From an uncultured Candidatus Poseidoniales archaeon (GTDB lineage: Archaea > Thermoplasmatota > Poseidoniia > Poseidoniales > Thalassarchaeaceae), in NCBI GenBank assembly GCA_964386765.1, contig CAYLUC010000001.1, positions 4,972-68,971 of the forward strand: DNA of 64,000 nt, given 5' to 3'. Every line of letters begins with the position of its first letter. Positions within the stretch are counted from its first letter, which is position 1. Made by a program: the position numbers and the translations under genes. Positions 41,701 to 50,274 of this stretch are shown in pieces. The notes under the pieces were generated by a model. It did not search any database. It saw only the letters and a list, made by a program, of their open reading frames with translations, and was not told where the DNA came from.

Positions 41701-44394
41701 AGAGTCTCCTATGGCAGCTTCAGCTGGAACGGGGAGAGTTGCACCTAGGACCAATTCTTCCCCCGGTGCCAGAATTAGCGCAGACCTCTCAGAGCCCTCC
41801 ATATCGTATAGGCGAAGGTCGGATCCCCAGGAGGTGCTGTCCCAGGAAAGAAGAATTTGGTCTTCTTCTGCGTTTCCAAGATTCTGAACCATCAGCCATG
41901 ACTCTGCATTTTGCCCAGGAATCCCGTATCCGCTGCTTTGAGCAGTGCCATCAGGACCTCTCAGTGAGAGCCCCCTAGTTCTATTCGCTTCTATTGGCAG
42001 ATTCGCTGAAACTGACACATTGGAGTCTTCGTCAAGTGTTAGAGTCAGGGTTAGGTAACCTGAGTCCGAACCAAGGGCCTCAGGGGGCGCTTCAATCAAA
42101 AAGTCGGGGGACCAAGTCTCTCCTACTCCGATTTCGATATTGCTTATTCCCCCTGGGGTGGAATCCGACCACGACCACCCACTAGGCATTGCCGAATCAT
42201 CCACATCGAGAGTCCAGACGCCTGCCAATCTCCCAGTAGATCTCACTATGGGGCTGGCAGATTCGCTGCTTCCGGGGGACACTCTCAATGGATCGGTGGG
42301 AATCTCGAATGTTGCATTGAATGTCGGTACAATCGAAACTATCTTACTAGAAATGTCGTTATCCAATCTCGTCTGAGTAAGATTCCCGTAACTATCTAAC
42401 TCTAGGACAAACTCATGGTCTCCAAGGGGGCCAGACCATTCCACACTGAATGTGTCAAAAGAACCGGAGCCAGACGGCTCAACCGGATCTAAAGAGGTGA
42501 AAGTCCTCCGTCCAATCTCAACTCCATCCGCAAAGAGTACGGCATCAAATTCCGAGTCTATGGGCGCAGTTCCTGAGTTCTCAATGAAAGCGGTTACCAT
42601 GACATCTTCCCCTGGACTCGGAGCAGTAGGGTCCAACTCTATTCCCCCTCCGTCAAGAAGAGGCCTAACGTCGGCCCTCTCAAGTGAAACAACAGTGCTG
42701 CCAATGACGATGTCAAGAGTCATATCACCATCAATATCGGCCATAGCTGGGGCTGACCACGTCCTGTGATTCAATTCGAGCTCATTTGTCCATTCCGTAT
42801 TTATTGCCGATCCTGTACCCTCTGTACCATCAAACGCCCACAAGGATCTACCGTAGGCGACTAGGAGCTCAGGTTCGCCACTTCCATCAATGTCCATCCA
42901 TATCGGAGGGGACACCGCAATCTCGTCATTGGGCGCGCCGCTGCTTTGTTCCAGATCTCGATGCCAAGCTTCTTCGGGACTTGTGCCATCAACGTCATGG
43001 CAACCTGCAACTCCGTGTCTGGCAGTAGCAGTCTGCCACCATGTGACCCAGCATACCCTATTTATCGTCCCGTCATCATCTGTGTCAATGACAATCGGAG
43101 GAGCATCAGCATAACCATTTTCAGCTTCGAAGGACCATATTTCTTCACCGGTTCCTATTTCCAGACCTCTATATTCGGCACCATCTACACTTCCAGAACC
43201 ATCCGCATCCGTCGGTATCGTCACGACGATTTCCGGAGATGAGTCGGAATCTAGGTTGGCTACTACGGGTCCTGGTAGTCTGATATGGGGTGCATCAGAG
43301 TCCCCATCGATATTATTCAAACTGAGGCCATCCCAGCCAGAGTCTCCTGTGACCGAGTCAAGTCTCCAAACCCACATCCCTCCGTTACTGTATTCTGTAG
43401 TGGTCAAGACTACGTATCCTGTATTGTCATCAGTCTGTGCAAATGCAGGGTCAGAGGGATGGCTACCCTTGTCCAGAGTCTTCTCCCACATGGTCGTGGG
43501 TGTCCCAGTGGGGGGGAGGTTGAGGGCAATAATGACTGGGTCGCCACTATTTTCATTTACAGCAGCAATCACTATTTCCGCATCCCCATCGAGGTCTAAG
43601 TCAGCAAGTAAGGGTTGCGCTGTAGGTTTGTGCCCCCCAAAGAACTCACTAACATATGCCCCCACATCGCTACTGATCATCAGATCGTCGTCTTCCCATG
43701 TCCAGACCGGTTGTTGGGAGCTCCCGGCCCCGGCATTCCACCCCGTAACAGAACAATAGAGCCGAGGGGACCAGGCATCAACATGAAGAGTGCCTCCTTG
43801 GTCGTATGCCACAATGACCTCGGGCCTTCCGTCGTCATCCAAATCAACCACGACAGGTGACGCCTTAACTTTCTCAGTAGCTCCTAGGTTTACTTCCCAA
43901 GCCAACTCCGAGTCTTCACCCTCGACAATCTTCAGGAAACTCTCATCTGATGTTGTGTCAGTCTGAATTAGGATAGTGTATAGGGAATCCCCTCCGCACC
44001 TTTCCTCAGAAGACGAGTCGCTAGTCAGTGAAGAAGAGAAATCAGCGATAGGCGTTCCTAGTGAATCAGTTCCAATTGGGTCAGAGCCAAAATCCCAATT
44101 TATCACTGGGTCGACGATTGATAGTAGCCCTCCTGTGGCAGAATCAGTGGAATGGACATGGTGGGGCGGAACTGATGACCTATCGGGCGTTCTGCCCGGT
44201 TGCGGCCATGGCTGATCCCCATCAGACCAAGGTTCATCTCCAGAAGTCATCATTCCTTCTGAGCCCCTATTCAGTGCGACTCCATCCGCCATCATGATGA
44301 GTATGGGGGATAAAGACATGACTAGCATTATCGATACGGCCAAGGCCGCACCAATCTTATCGGAGAGGGGTTTGGGGCCAGCATCCACTGTCAT
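38710..44394 (-). CDS. Giant surface protein: FG-GAP/VCBS beta-propeller, CARDB and NEW3-like Ig domains, C-terminal TM
   Basis: Repeated P.VxDLDxDGxxE motifs, FIENSG and VQNLGN Ig motifs, TM followed by charged tail; start uncertain (44394 or 44448). Confidence 0.82.
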   Translation of the reverse strand: MTVDAGPKPLSDKIGAALAVSIMLVMSLSPILIMMADGVALNRGSEGMMTSGDEPWSDGDQPWPQPGRTPDRSSVPPHHVHSTDSATGGLLSIVDPVINWDFGSDPIGTDSLGTPIADFSSSLTSDSSSEERCGGDSLYTILIQTDTTSDESFLKIVEGEDSELAWEVNLGATEKVKASPVVVDLDDDGRPEVIVAYDQGGTLHVDAWSPRLYCSVTGWNAGAGSSQQPVWTWEDDDLMISSDVGAYVSEFFGGHKPTAQPLLADLDLDGDAEIVIAAVNENSGDPVIIALNLPPTGTPTTMWEKTLDKGSHPSDPAFAQTDDNTGYVVLTTTEYSNGGMWVWRLDSVTGDSGWDGLSLNNIDGDSDAPHIRLPGPVVANLDSDSSPEIVVTIPTDADGSGSVDGAEYRGLEIGTGEEIWSFEAENGYADAPPIVIDTDDDGTINRVCWVTWWQTATARHGVAGCHDVDGTSPEEAWHRDLEQSSGAPNDEIAVSPPIWMDIDGSGEPELLVAYGRSLWAFDGTEGTGSAINTEWTNELELNHRTWSAPAMADIDGDMTLDIVIGSTVVSLERADVRPLLDGGGIELDPTAPSPGEDVMVTAFIENSGTAPIDSEFDAVLFADGVEIGRRTFTSLDPVEPSGSGSFDTFSVEWSGPLGDHEFVLELDSYGNLTQTRLDNDISSKIVSIVPTFNATFEIPTDPLRVSPGSSESASPIVRSTGRLAGVWTLDVDDSAMPSGWSWSDSTPGGISNIEIGVGETWSPDFLIEAPPEALGSDSGYLTLTLTLDEDSNVSVSANLPIEANRTRGLSLRGPDGTAQSSGYGIPGQNAESWLMVQNLGNAEEDQILLSWDSTSWGSDLRLYDMEGSERSALILAPGEELVLGATLPVPAEAAIGDSVSTPLTMCVGTGTEEETCQTIQLTFHSSSVVTGMHIRSVPANGLEWTVIAEMPPDDGTLTWSLSEMGMALPGWSWSGTGDISVTGDSVVMSGSAGNMASGSIIVNLPEDASPAFHYFSETSTESSDHYLIITLEVLQIYRSTVSVISPQEQPYLTEVDEESLVVLRLENPGNGDDSYTLDYSVLLDSNITSDPGVTVDFSIDEVELTSGSLTTVPVTVTLPESTPAGVPVRIEFTVMSLGDPDVSSSDVVSLEAKQDHRWNLTTSDSGQIVDYYEGPEGAVFVILPGSSLFIDVDAKNVGNLVDEISLDVTTSLDLVDGDSSTDWSSTGDSAEGVAVNQTVQMRIVSSSDSESWSGSSMSVTVTATSQGDEVSNFTFTIESGHVPSWNAMADQANLEIDPLGSEIQLTVVQEGNAPTRAYASMFITGESGWDVDDPEDLPILSPGETAPLILNITPPQNAVYGRAVELHLRLREGDSSVISEIVFPLRVAVTHDFSLSGEGSWLVSNSGGHPLAMLENLGNAPTTISLQVLSLPLDWSVSGREEVILGVGEVVGVPLELIPNDNWDGSVKTIRILAEDSEGNQREINLDTEQGGFSWATSPVIISTSGDHALLGIHNSNSDSTVSDSSSGLLNWNELGGWSWPATSSGSGEISVSSDANTGYLQYKSIVVIPPTRNANCAIDGTVGELSASCSIGNGTSSFDYTVLLIDDMGNMMESQSGTVGANSTGVVNMSSNEWSPSPGNREISIRLLDSRGILVTSNYQTFEVRRSDWNVGLVQLELDGQGASQKIEISTKRDNHELLPVGTQCFISIVAGEYSSTHLVDMTTANALAPKPSIDRPDVEDTVELVATISCDFPWDQDADSSDDEARIVLSGGEDAEIGISDSSTAIAAAAIVIGASIAISWMISNYREGREMMEKTRLAVEKKAIEKRASIAESKGGSPVSSSEKLESELRDGASDAKPREDDDTPPDNIEVPEQPDDDSFESRLNRLTGDR

Positions 44395-44535
44395 CAGAGT
44401 CCAATTTGGTTTTCGTAACCCACTTGAACGTTCGCCCCATATTCTCACTCAGACCTACGGTCTGAGCCAATATGAGGTCCCGCCAGCAATTTTTGCTCGT
44501 CCGTTGTGCTTATACAGGGGTGGCAGGTCGCCGGG

Positions 44536-44619
44536 TCGCACGGACTTCTCCTCCAGAGGCTTAGCCGATGATGGACGGGAGGGAAACCCCCCGTCCTGGC
44601 TGCCGGAGCGGTCCGTCGA
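44536..44619 (+). ncRNA. Candidate structured 5' leader RNA of the rpoE1 operon
   Basis: Nested pairings ACGGAC/GTCCGT, CTCC/GGAG, AGCC/GGCT, GGACGG/CCGTCC capped by GG-GAAA-CC; TTATAC at 44510. Confidence 0.45.
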
Positions 44620-44632
44620 TTGAGGCAGGAAA

Positions 44633-45181
44633 ATGTACAGCATAATTGAGCGAGAGGACACTATCCGTATCCCAGCTGAGTATATCAGAGAGGGCCACAG
44701 TTTGGAAGACCACATTGACAGTCTGGCAAATGACGCTTTCGAGGGAAGGTTTGACTCAGATGAGAATTACACCGTTCTTACCTTTGACCACAAGCCCGTG
44801 GGTCGTGGAAGAATAATCCATGGTGACGGTGCAATATATCAGGCCGTGAAGTTCAAGGCTCTGCTATTCAACATGGAGAACAACGAGGTCGTAGATGGAT
44901 ATGTCTCCGATGTTTCCGAGTATGGGGCCTTCGTTAGGATAGGGCCAGTGGAAGCGCTACTACACAAATCTCAGATTCTCGACGAGCCAATCCAAGTAAA
45001 TATGGGAGTCAGGAGAATCGAAGGATCACAGACTGGGAAGCACATCGAGGAAGGTTCCCACGTGCGCTCCAGAGTTGTCTCCAAGGCAATCAATCAGAAC
45101 GACCCGAGGGCCAGTAAGATAGGCCTCAATTGCAAAATGGACGGTCTAGGAGCAGCAGATTGGCTGAAGGAGACTGATTAG
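44633..45181 (+). CDS. rpoE1: DNA-directed RNA polymerase subunit E' (Rpo7)
   Basis: DTIRIP, GRIIHGDGA, GAFVRIGPVEALLHKSQI S1 domain, KIGL...GLG. Confidence 0.95.
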   Translation: MYSIIEREDTIRIPAEYIREGHSLEDHIDSLANDAFEGRFDSDENYTVLTFDHKPVGRGRIIHGDGAIYQAVKFKALLFNMENNEVVDGYVSDVSEYGAFVRIGPVEALLHKSQILDEPIQVNMGVRRIEGSQTGKHIEEGSHVRSRVVSKAINQNDPRASKIGLNCKMDGLGAADWLKETD

Positions 45182-45182
45182 A

Positions 45183-45386
45183 ATGGCAAAGCAGCCCTTT
45201 GCATGCGGAGATTGCAATGCAATACTCCCGGACGGAGAAGGACAGTGCCACTTTTGTCCCAATTCCCCTGTAACTACTGATTGGCAGGGTTTCGTAGTAA
45301 TCCTCAACCCAGAGAGATCCGAGGTCGCAAAGAGGCTAAACATCACTAGGCCTGGTAATTATGCGTTGAAGGTCAATATCAGGTAG
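45183..45386 (+). CDS. spt4: Transcription elongation factor Spt4 (RpoE'')
   Basis: ACGDC...CHFC zinc finger, WQGFVVILNPERSEVA, PGNYALKV. Confidence 0.95.
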   Translation: MAKQPFACGDCNAILPDGEGQCHFCPNSPVTTDWQGFVVILNPERSEVAKRLNITRPGNYALKVNIR

Positions 45387-45394
45387 GTGAAATA

Positions 45395-45751
45395 ATGCAA
45401 GTAATTGAAAGGAATGACAATCCATTGCTAAACAGGGTTGAGATACGGTTTGTTTGGGACCATCCAAACACTTCCACCCCTAAGTTGGAGGAAATGGTTT
45501 CTGCAGCAACAAAGATTGAGCCCGGCGCCAATTCAGATTTGGTTTTCGTCAAAGATGTCAGTACGAGATTCGGAATGCCTCGGACTACTGGACTGGCACT
45601 TATTTATGGCTCAGAGGAGGCCGCTTCTATAGAACCAAGCCACATTGTAGAGAGGCACAATCGGTTCAGACAAGGGGGCCAGGAAGACTCAACTGTAGAG
45701 GAAGGTGAAGGGGATGAAGACTCCACACAAGAGGAAGGGGGCGATGAGTAA
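45395..45751 (+). CDS. rps24e: 30S ribosomal protein S24e
   Basis: NPLLNRVE, TP, TRFG, IY, EP motifs; conserved operon position. Confidence 0.9.
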   Translation: MQVIERNDNPLLNRVEIRFVWDHPNTSTPKLEEMVSAATKIEPGANSDLVFVKDVSTRFGMPRTTGLALIYGSEEAASIEPSHIVERHNRFRQGGQEDSTVEEGEGDEDSTQEEGGDE

Positions 45752-45918
45752 TGCCACAGGGTTCTCCTAATCAGAATGCCAAGCACTCAAAGTACACCAT
45801 TGAAGGGGATCAGCTAGGTAGGGCCCCCCACTGTCCAAATTGTGGACCAGGGGTATTTCTGGCAGTCCATAGTGACCGCAAGTCATGCGGAAAATGCGGT
45901 CATTCCGAAAAGCAGTGA
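45751..45918 (+). CDS. rps27ae: 30S ribosomal protein S27ae
   Basis: Below the ORF-track cutoff. Translates as MPQGSPNQNAKHSKYTIEGDQLGRAPHCPNCGPGVFLAVHSDRKSCGKCGHSEKQ; TAATG coupling to rps24e. Confidence 0.93.
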   Translation: MPQGSPNQNAKHSKYTIEGDQLGRAPHCPNCGPGVFLAVHSDRKSCGKCGHSEKQ

Positions 45919-46808
45919 TTGCTCCATCTCCCACTATTGGTCAGGACTTTGCTTCCGACTATCGAGATTCCAATGTCGTCCCTATCTCGGATCTCGATTA
46001 CACCATTTTCCATCCTCCCATCATGTCTCCATCCTGTCCAAATCCAGTTTCCACCAATAGTTCCAACAGAATCCATAACGGGCCCGGGTAATTTAACAAT
46101 CTCGGGCTTAGAATCAAGGTTGCTCATCATTCCAGCATAACGCCCACTCATCAAAATCATCCATCCTGCTTCCTCATCATGTCTAATCCCGATAATCCTC
46201 TCGGGCAATCTAAGGGTTCTCGACATCAGAGTAGTTCCATCATCCACTGAAACCAATGAGATTCCCCCGGACTCAGACCAAATTACGATGCCATCGGGCG
46301 TGTAGATTAGTTCTACAATCGAATCAAACCTGTTGAACTCCTGCAAATCAGGCCATTGCGGGTAGGGGGCCCTCCAGATTTCCGTTGCCCCCCTGTCAAT
46401 CTTGTAAATCCCTGTATTTAGAATTGCGAAGAACACATCCCCCTCATTGCTAGATATCCCCATGGGCTCACCTTCTATGTCTCTGGACCATGTGTATGAG
46501 TCGGGCAGTATGTCGGAGGCATGAGTCTGGGAATTTCTAAGGAAATCACGACCTTTTCCATCAAATAACTCCCCCCTCAAAGAAGTCGAACCCATGCACG
46601 CCTTTCTGAGGTCCCTGTCAACCCATGTCCCAATCCAGGTTTCCGAACTCACAGTTCCAAATGTTGGCTGGGATGGAAAGGGGATTGAAATTCCACCCAA
46701 CTGGTTGCCCTTAGAATCAATCCGTAACAACTCCCCCAACGAGCCGATAATCACCGATGTAGGATGCCCTTTGTCAATCCGCACTGGATTGAAACCAATG
46801 TCCCTCAC
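45900..46808 (-). CDS. Hypothetical protein (Trp/Gly-rich, possibly beta-propeller-like)
   Basis: 302-aa ORF filling the gap; no confident motif. Confidence 0.65.
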   Translation of the reverse strand: MRDIGFNPVRIDKGHPTSVIIGSLGELLRIDSKGNQLGGISIPFPSQPTFGTVSSETWIGTWVDRDLRKACMGSTSLRGELFDGKGRDFLRNSQTHASDILPDSYTWSRDIEGEPMGISSNEGDVFFAILNTGIYKIDRGATEIWRAPYPQWPDLQEFNRFDSIVELIYTPDGIVIWSESGGISLVSVDDGTTLMSRTLRLPERIIGIRHDEEAGWMILMSGRYAGMMSNLDSKPEIVKLPGPVMDSVGTIGGNWIWTGWRHDGRMENGVIEIRDRDDIGISIVGSKVLTNSGRWSNHCFSE

Positions 46809-46880
46809 GCCCCCTCGTCACAACCATCTCGCTTCAAGGTGTGGCTGAAAGCATTGAAGTGTAATTCGCCTTGCCATGTC

Positions 46881-47828
46881 ATGGTCTCACTCATCCTCTG
46901 TTCGACTCTGGATGGGGCTTCAATGAACTTGGCACATTCATTGATCCAATCCACAGATTGGGGAGATGTAGAGGAGTTCGGTCACGGAAGAGTACGAAAA
47001 CACTCTAGAATGCCGGTCCAAATTCTGGAAATCGATCAGCTACACATTCATGCTGATGGGATAGATTCCACTCACATGGATGAGACGGGAGAAGAAATTG
47101 ATGAGGTCCTAGTTCTTTCCAGGCATGTTTCCTCAACTAACACCCCTGCAATTACGCTACATGCAATCGGCCTTCCGGGGGAAACACCTCTGGGGGAACC
47201 AGGCGTGGCAGGGGGCGTTAGGGGCTTTGTCGTTCCACCCTCTCCAAGATTCGCTAGCCTCTATAGGAAGATGCTAGTTTTAGCTCGTGACGAAGGCCTC
47301 CATGAGGAATTCGACTTGACAATGGAGGCCACTCACCATGGACCCAAACTACAATCCCCTTCACTGTATATCGAGATCGGTTCGACTGAATTTGAGTGGA
47401 ATAGGAAAGATGTCGCAAGTGTTTGGTCTAGCGTAATCTGCGATGTATTGGGACTCAATGATGGAGAACCACTCGGAACTTGGAATAGCAGTGGCTCGGT
47501 AATGGTCGGTTTCGGAGGTGGGCACTATGCACCACGACACAAGGCCGTAGTCGAGTCAGGAAACTTCTGGCTGGGTCATGTATTGGCTAATTACTCACTG
47601 ATATTTGAAGCGATGGAAGATGGTTCAGAAGAACCTGGGGGGAATTGGAAAGAATCGGTCTCGGCTTCTATAGATGCAACTCGCGTCGCATTTCCGGGCG
47701 GTGAAATCTTCGCACATCTAGACAGGAAGTCGTTCAGGGGCTGGCAGAGATCTTCATTAGTTTCATTTCTTGAGGAGATGGGTGTCCCGGTACTAAGGGG
47801 AAGAGATTTGAAACAAGAGCAATCGTGA
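46881..47828 (+). CDS. dtdA: D-aminoacyl-tRNA deacylase (archaeal DTD2/GEK1 type)
   Basis: SRH, TLH, EATHHGP, IEIGS, GFGGGHYAP, GH, DRKS; start moved to ATG 46881. Confidence 0.9.
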   Translation: MVSLILCSTLDGASMNLAHSLIQSTDWGDVEEFGHGRVRKHSRMPVQILEIDQLHIHADGIDSTHMDETGEEIDEVLVLSRHVSSTNTPAITLHAIGLPGETPLGEPGVAGGVRGFVVPPSPRFASLYRKMLVLARDEGLHEEFDLTMEATHHGPKLQSPSLYIEIGSTEFEWNRKDVASVWSSVICDVLGLNDGEPLGTWNSSGSVMVGFGGGHYAPRHKAVVESGNFWLGHVLANYSLIFEAMEDGSEEPGGNWKESVSASIDATRVAFPGGEIFAHLDRKSFRGWQRSSLVSFLEEMGVPVLRGRDLKQEQS

Positions 47829-47855
47829 AGGCTCTCCTGCATCCTCGGAGGTAAG

Positions 47856-48809
47856 ATGGCACTGTTCGGACGACTCATTGTGGCATCGATGCCGTTGGCC
47901 CCCAAGTTCATTGTTAAGCACGTAGCGAAGAGGTATGTGGCTGGCTCGGAGATGTCCGATGCCATCTCCACGATGCAGAATCTTTCTGAGGAGGGTGCCT
48001 GTTTTACAGTGGATGTTTTGGGCGAAGAAATCATATCAATGGAAGAGGCCAATTACTTTCTCGAGGAGTACACAAGGCTCCTAGACGCCATCGAGGAAAG
48101 GGGCATTAATGCGGATATTTCGATTAAGCCAACAGCCTTTGGCCTCCTAATTGATCGTGAATCAGCCTACTCCAACATCGAGTCAATCACTAGGAAAGCA
48201 AAGGAATATGGTTCCTATGTGAGGTTGGATATGGAGGACAGCAGGGTAACCCAGGACACAATTGATGTAATGCTAGCAATGCACTCCAAGGGCCTAACAA
48301 ATATTGGAGTTGTATTACAAGGAAGGCTGCATAGGACCGAATCCGACATAGATTCAATATGTAGCTCACTAGGATATGAGTCAGATTTCAGAATCTGTAA
48401 GGGAATTTACCTAGAGCCAGAGGACATAGCCTACACAAAATACTCGGAAATTGTCGATGCCACCAATAGAGCGATCACATCAATGCTGGACAAAGGGGCA
48501 TACACTGCAATAGCATCTCATGATTTACCGGTAATCGAACATGCCTTGGATGCCCTACGGGAGAGAGGTCTGTCTAACAACAACGTCGAAGGCGTACGCA
48601 GGAAAGGACCGGGGTATGAGTTCCAGTTCTTGTTGGGAGTGAGGGGGAACATCAGGAGGAAGCTGGCTTCCGAGGGCCACTTAACCAGAGTATACGTGCC
48701 ATATGGGACTAGGTGGTACGAGTATGGAATTAGGAGGCTCAGGGAAAATCCCGAGGTAGCAAGTCACGTTGTCAAGGCCCTCTTGATGCCATGGACTAAT
48801 CGTAGGTGA
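47856..48809 (+). CDS. Monofunctional proline dehydrogenase
   Basis: RYVAG, DVLGE, SIKPT, LDMED, RICKGIY, IASHD, EFQFLLG, RRLRENP. Confidence 0.92.
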   Translation: MALFGRLIVASMPLAPKFIVKHVAKRYVAGSEMSDAISTMQNLSEEGACFTVDVLGEEIISMEEANYFLEEYTRLLDAIEERGINADISIKPTAFGLLIDRESAYSNIESITRKAKEYGSYVRLDMEDSRVTQDTIDVMLAMHSKGLTNIGVVLQGRLHRTESDIDSICSSLGYESDFRICKGIYLEPEDIAYTKYSEIVDATNRAITSMLDKGAYTAIASHDLPVIEHALDALRERGLSNNNVEGVRRKGPGYEFQFLLGVRGNIRRKLASEGHLTRVYVPYGTRWYEYGIRRLRENPEVASHVVKALLMPWTNRR

Positions 48810-48812
48810 GAT

Positions 48813-49403
48813 CTAAATTGAATGCAAGTACATTCTCCTAATTTCTGCAGCTACTCTCTTTCCCCTCAGGGTTCTACCGACACCAGTGTGGATGGCCCTT
48901 ATTCTCCATTTCTTCCCATCTATTAGCATCACAGTGCCACAAGAGAAAACTTTCTCGGGATCACATTCCATGCTAGATGGTTTGCTGACTTCCCCTTCAG
49001 TCATAGTCAACTTAACTACGCAGGCGTCTTTCCTAATTGCCCACATCGACACTATCCTTCCGGCCTTTGAAGAATTCACAGACATTTTGTCCCCAACCTC
49101 GATTCTAGTGACCTGCCAATGGGCATCTTCAAACTGGAACAGATCTCCCTCTGAGATAACCTCATCACTGTCAGACTCAATCATTACAGAGGAACTGTCC
49201 GCCCCATCAGAAAGAGTCGTCCTTACTGAGGTCGAAGATGGCGGCCTGAGGCTAATACGATGTACGTTAGAACATCCGACGCACCTCACCAGGAGGTCCT
49301 CGCCTGCCCCCTTGTCAGCACGACTGAGAATCTCATGCTCAGTCAACTCCAAGCATTCGGGGCATTCCGCGACATCGGCAACCGAATCATCTGCCTCGCC
49401 CAT
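48813..49403 (-). CDS. Archaeal zinc-finger protein (HVO_0476-like)
   Basis: ECPEC...H...VRCVGC..VH followed by two repeated beta domains (VTRIE, IRAIH). Confidence 0.78.
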   Translation of the reverse strand: MGEADDSVADVAECPECLELTEHEILSRADKGAGEDLLVRCVGCSNVHRISLRPPSSTSVRTTLSDGADSSSVMIESDSDEVISEGDLFQFEDAHWQVTRIEVGDKMSVNSSKAGRIVSMWAIRKDACVVKLTMTEGEVSKPSSMECDPEKVFSCGTVMLIDGKKWRIRAIHTGVGRTLRGKRVAAEIRRMYLHSI

Positions 49404-49479
49404 GCCCTCTCGGCCACCCTGCCTCTCTTGAAGCCACCGAGCAGCCTATTTTGATTAGTGACAACCCCTACCGATACTC

Positions 49480-50274
49480 ATGGTGGGGTCCTCAAATGGC
49501 TTTGGACTCCCTCAGATGTCCGAAAGGGAAATGCTGGAGAAACTACTTTCCGAGGATACTGAGAGAGGCGATGTCGAGCCCCCAATAGCCTCCTCAATAG
49601 GCGAACAGATGCTTTTGATGGGACTCAGGACAATGCCCAGGTCAATGAGGGCAAGGATTCGAGATATCGTTTCAAGAGTTCCTTCAGGCGATGTATTGCT
49701 CGTGGGAGGGGGAATCGGACACCTTTCTGCATGGCTTCTCGATTTGTGGTGCGGAGGGGCATCCGAAGAAGACAGAGGGAATTCCCGCAAGCCCGATTCG
49801 TTCATCATAATAGAGGAAGGTGCAAGATTTGGGGTGATCATAGATCGCCTGATTAGGAGATACGAGGCTGAGGGATGGGCCAGAGTGGTCGGCAACCCTT
49901 GGTCAGAGGCGATCGCCGAAGCCATGACCTGGTCTGTCGCATCCGCCTCCCTACCCGAGTCAGCAAGGCCCTCGTCGATACCGACTGGGTTGGATTTGGT
50001 TATCATCGACCTCCCCGATCAAGAGAGGCCCGGCGCCGCAAAATCCGCCTTTGAGATTCTAGCACCGGGGGGGATGATGATAGTGCCCGAGCCAGAGGTG
50101 CCAACTGGTGATGTGGGAACCCCCTCTGCCGATGAGGAACCCACTGAAGCACAGAGAAAGGTCATTTCATTCAATGAGTGGATAGATTTCATCAAGTCGG
50201 TCAGTGATAATCACACACTAGCATTCGTCGAACTCACGGGGGGAACCCTCGCCGTGGTTCGACGTGCAACCTGA
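49480..50274 (+). CDS. Class I SAM-dependent methyltransferase-like protein
   Basis: VLLVGGGIG, LDLVIID, LAPGGMMIV motifs; divergent. Confidence 0.55.
   Translation: MVGSSNGFGLPQMSEREMLEKLLSEDTERGDVEPPIASSIGEQMLLMGLRTMPRSMRARIRDIVSRVPSGDVLLVGGGIGHLSAWLLDLWCGGASEEDRGNSRKPDSFIIIEEGARFGVIIDRLIRRYEAEGWARVVGNPWSEAIAEAMTWSVASASLPESARPSSIPTGLDLVIIDLPDQERPGAAKSAFEILAPGGMMIVPEPEVPTGDVGTPSADEEPTEAQRKVISFNEWIDFIKSVSDNHTLAFVELTGGTLAVVRRAT

Noticed and set aside
44455-44715. ORFs across the rpoE1 upstream region (44294-44623, 44455-44715)
   Set aside because: They overlap real genes in other frames and have no protein-like features; the region is better explained as promoters plus a structured leader
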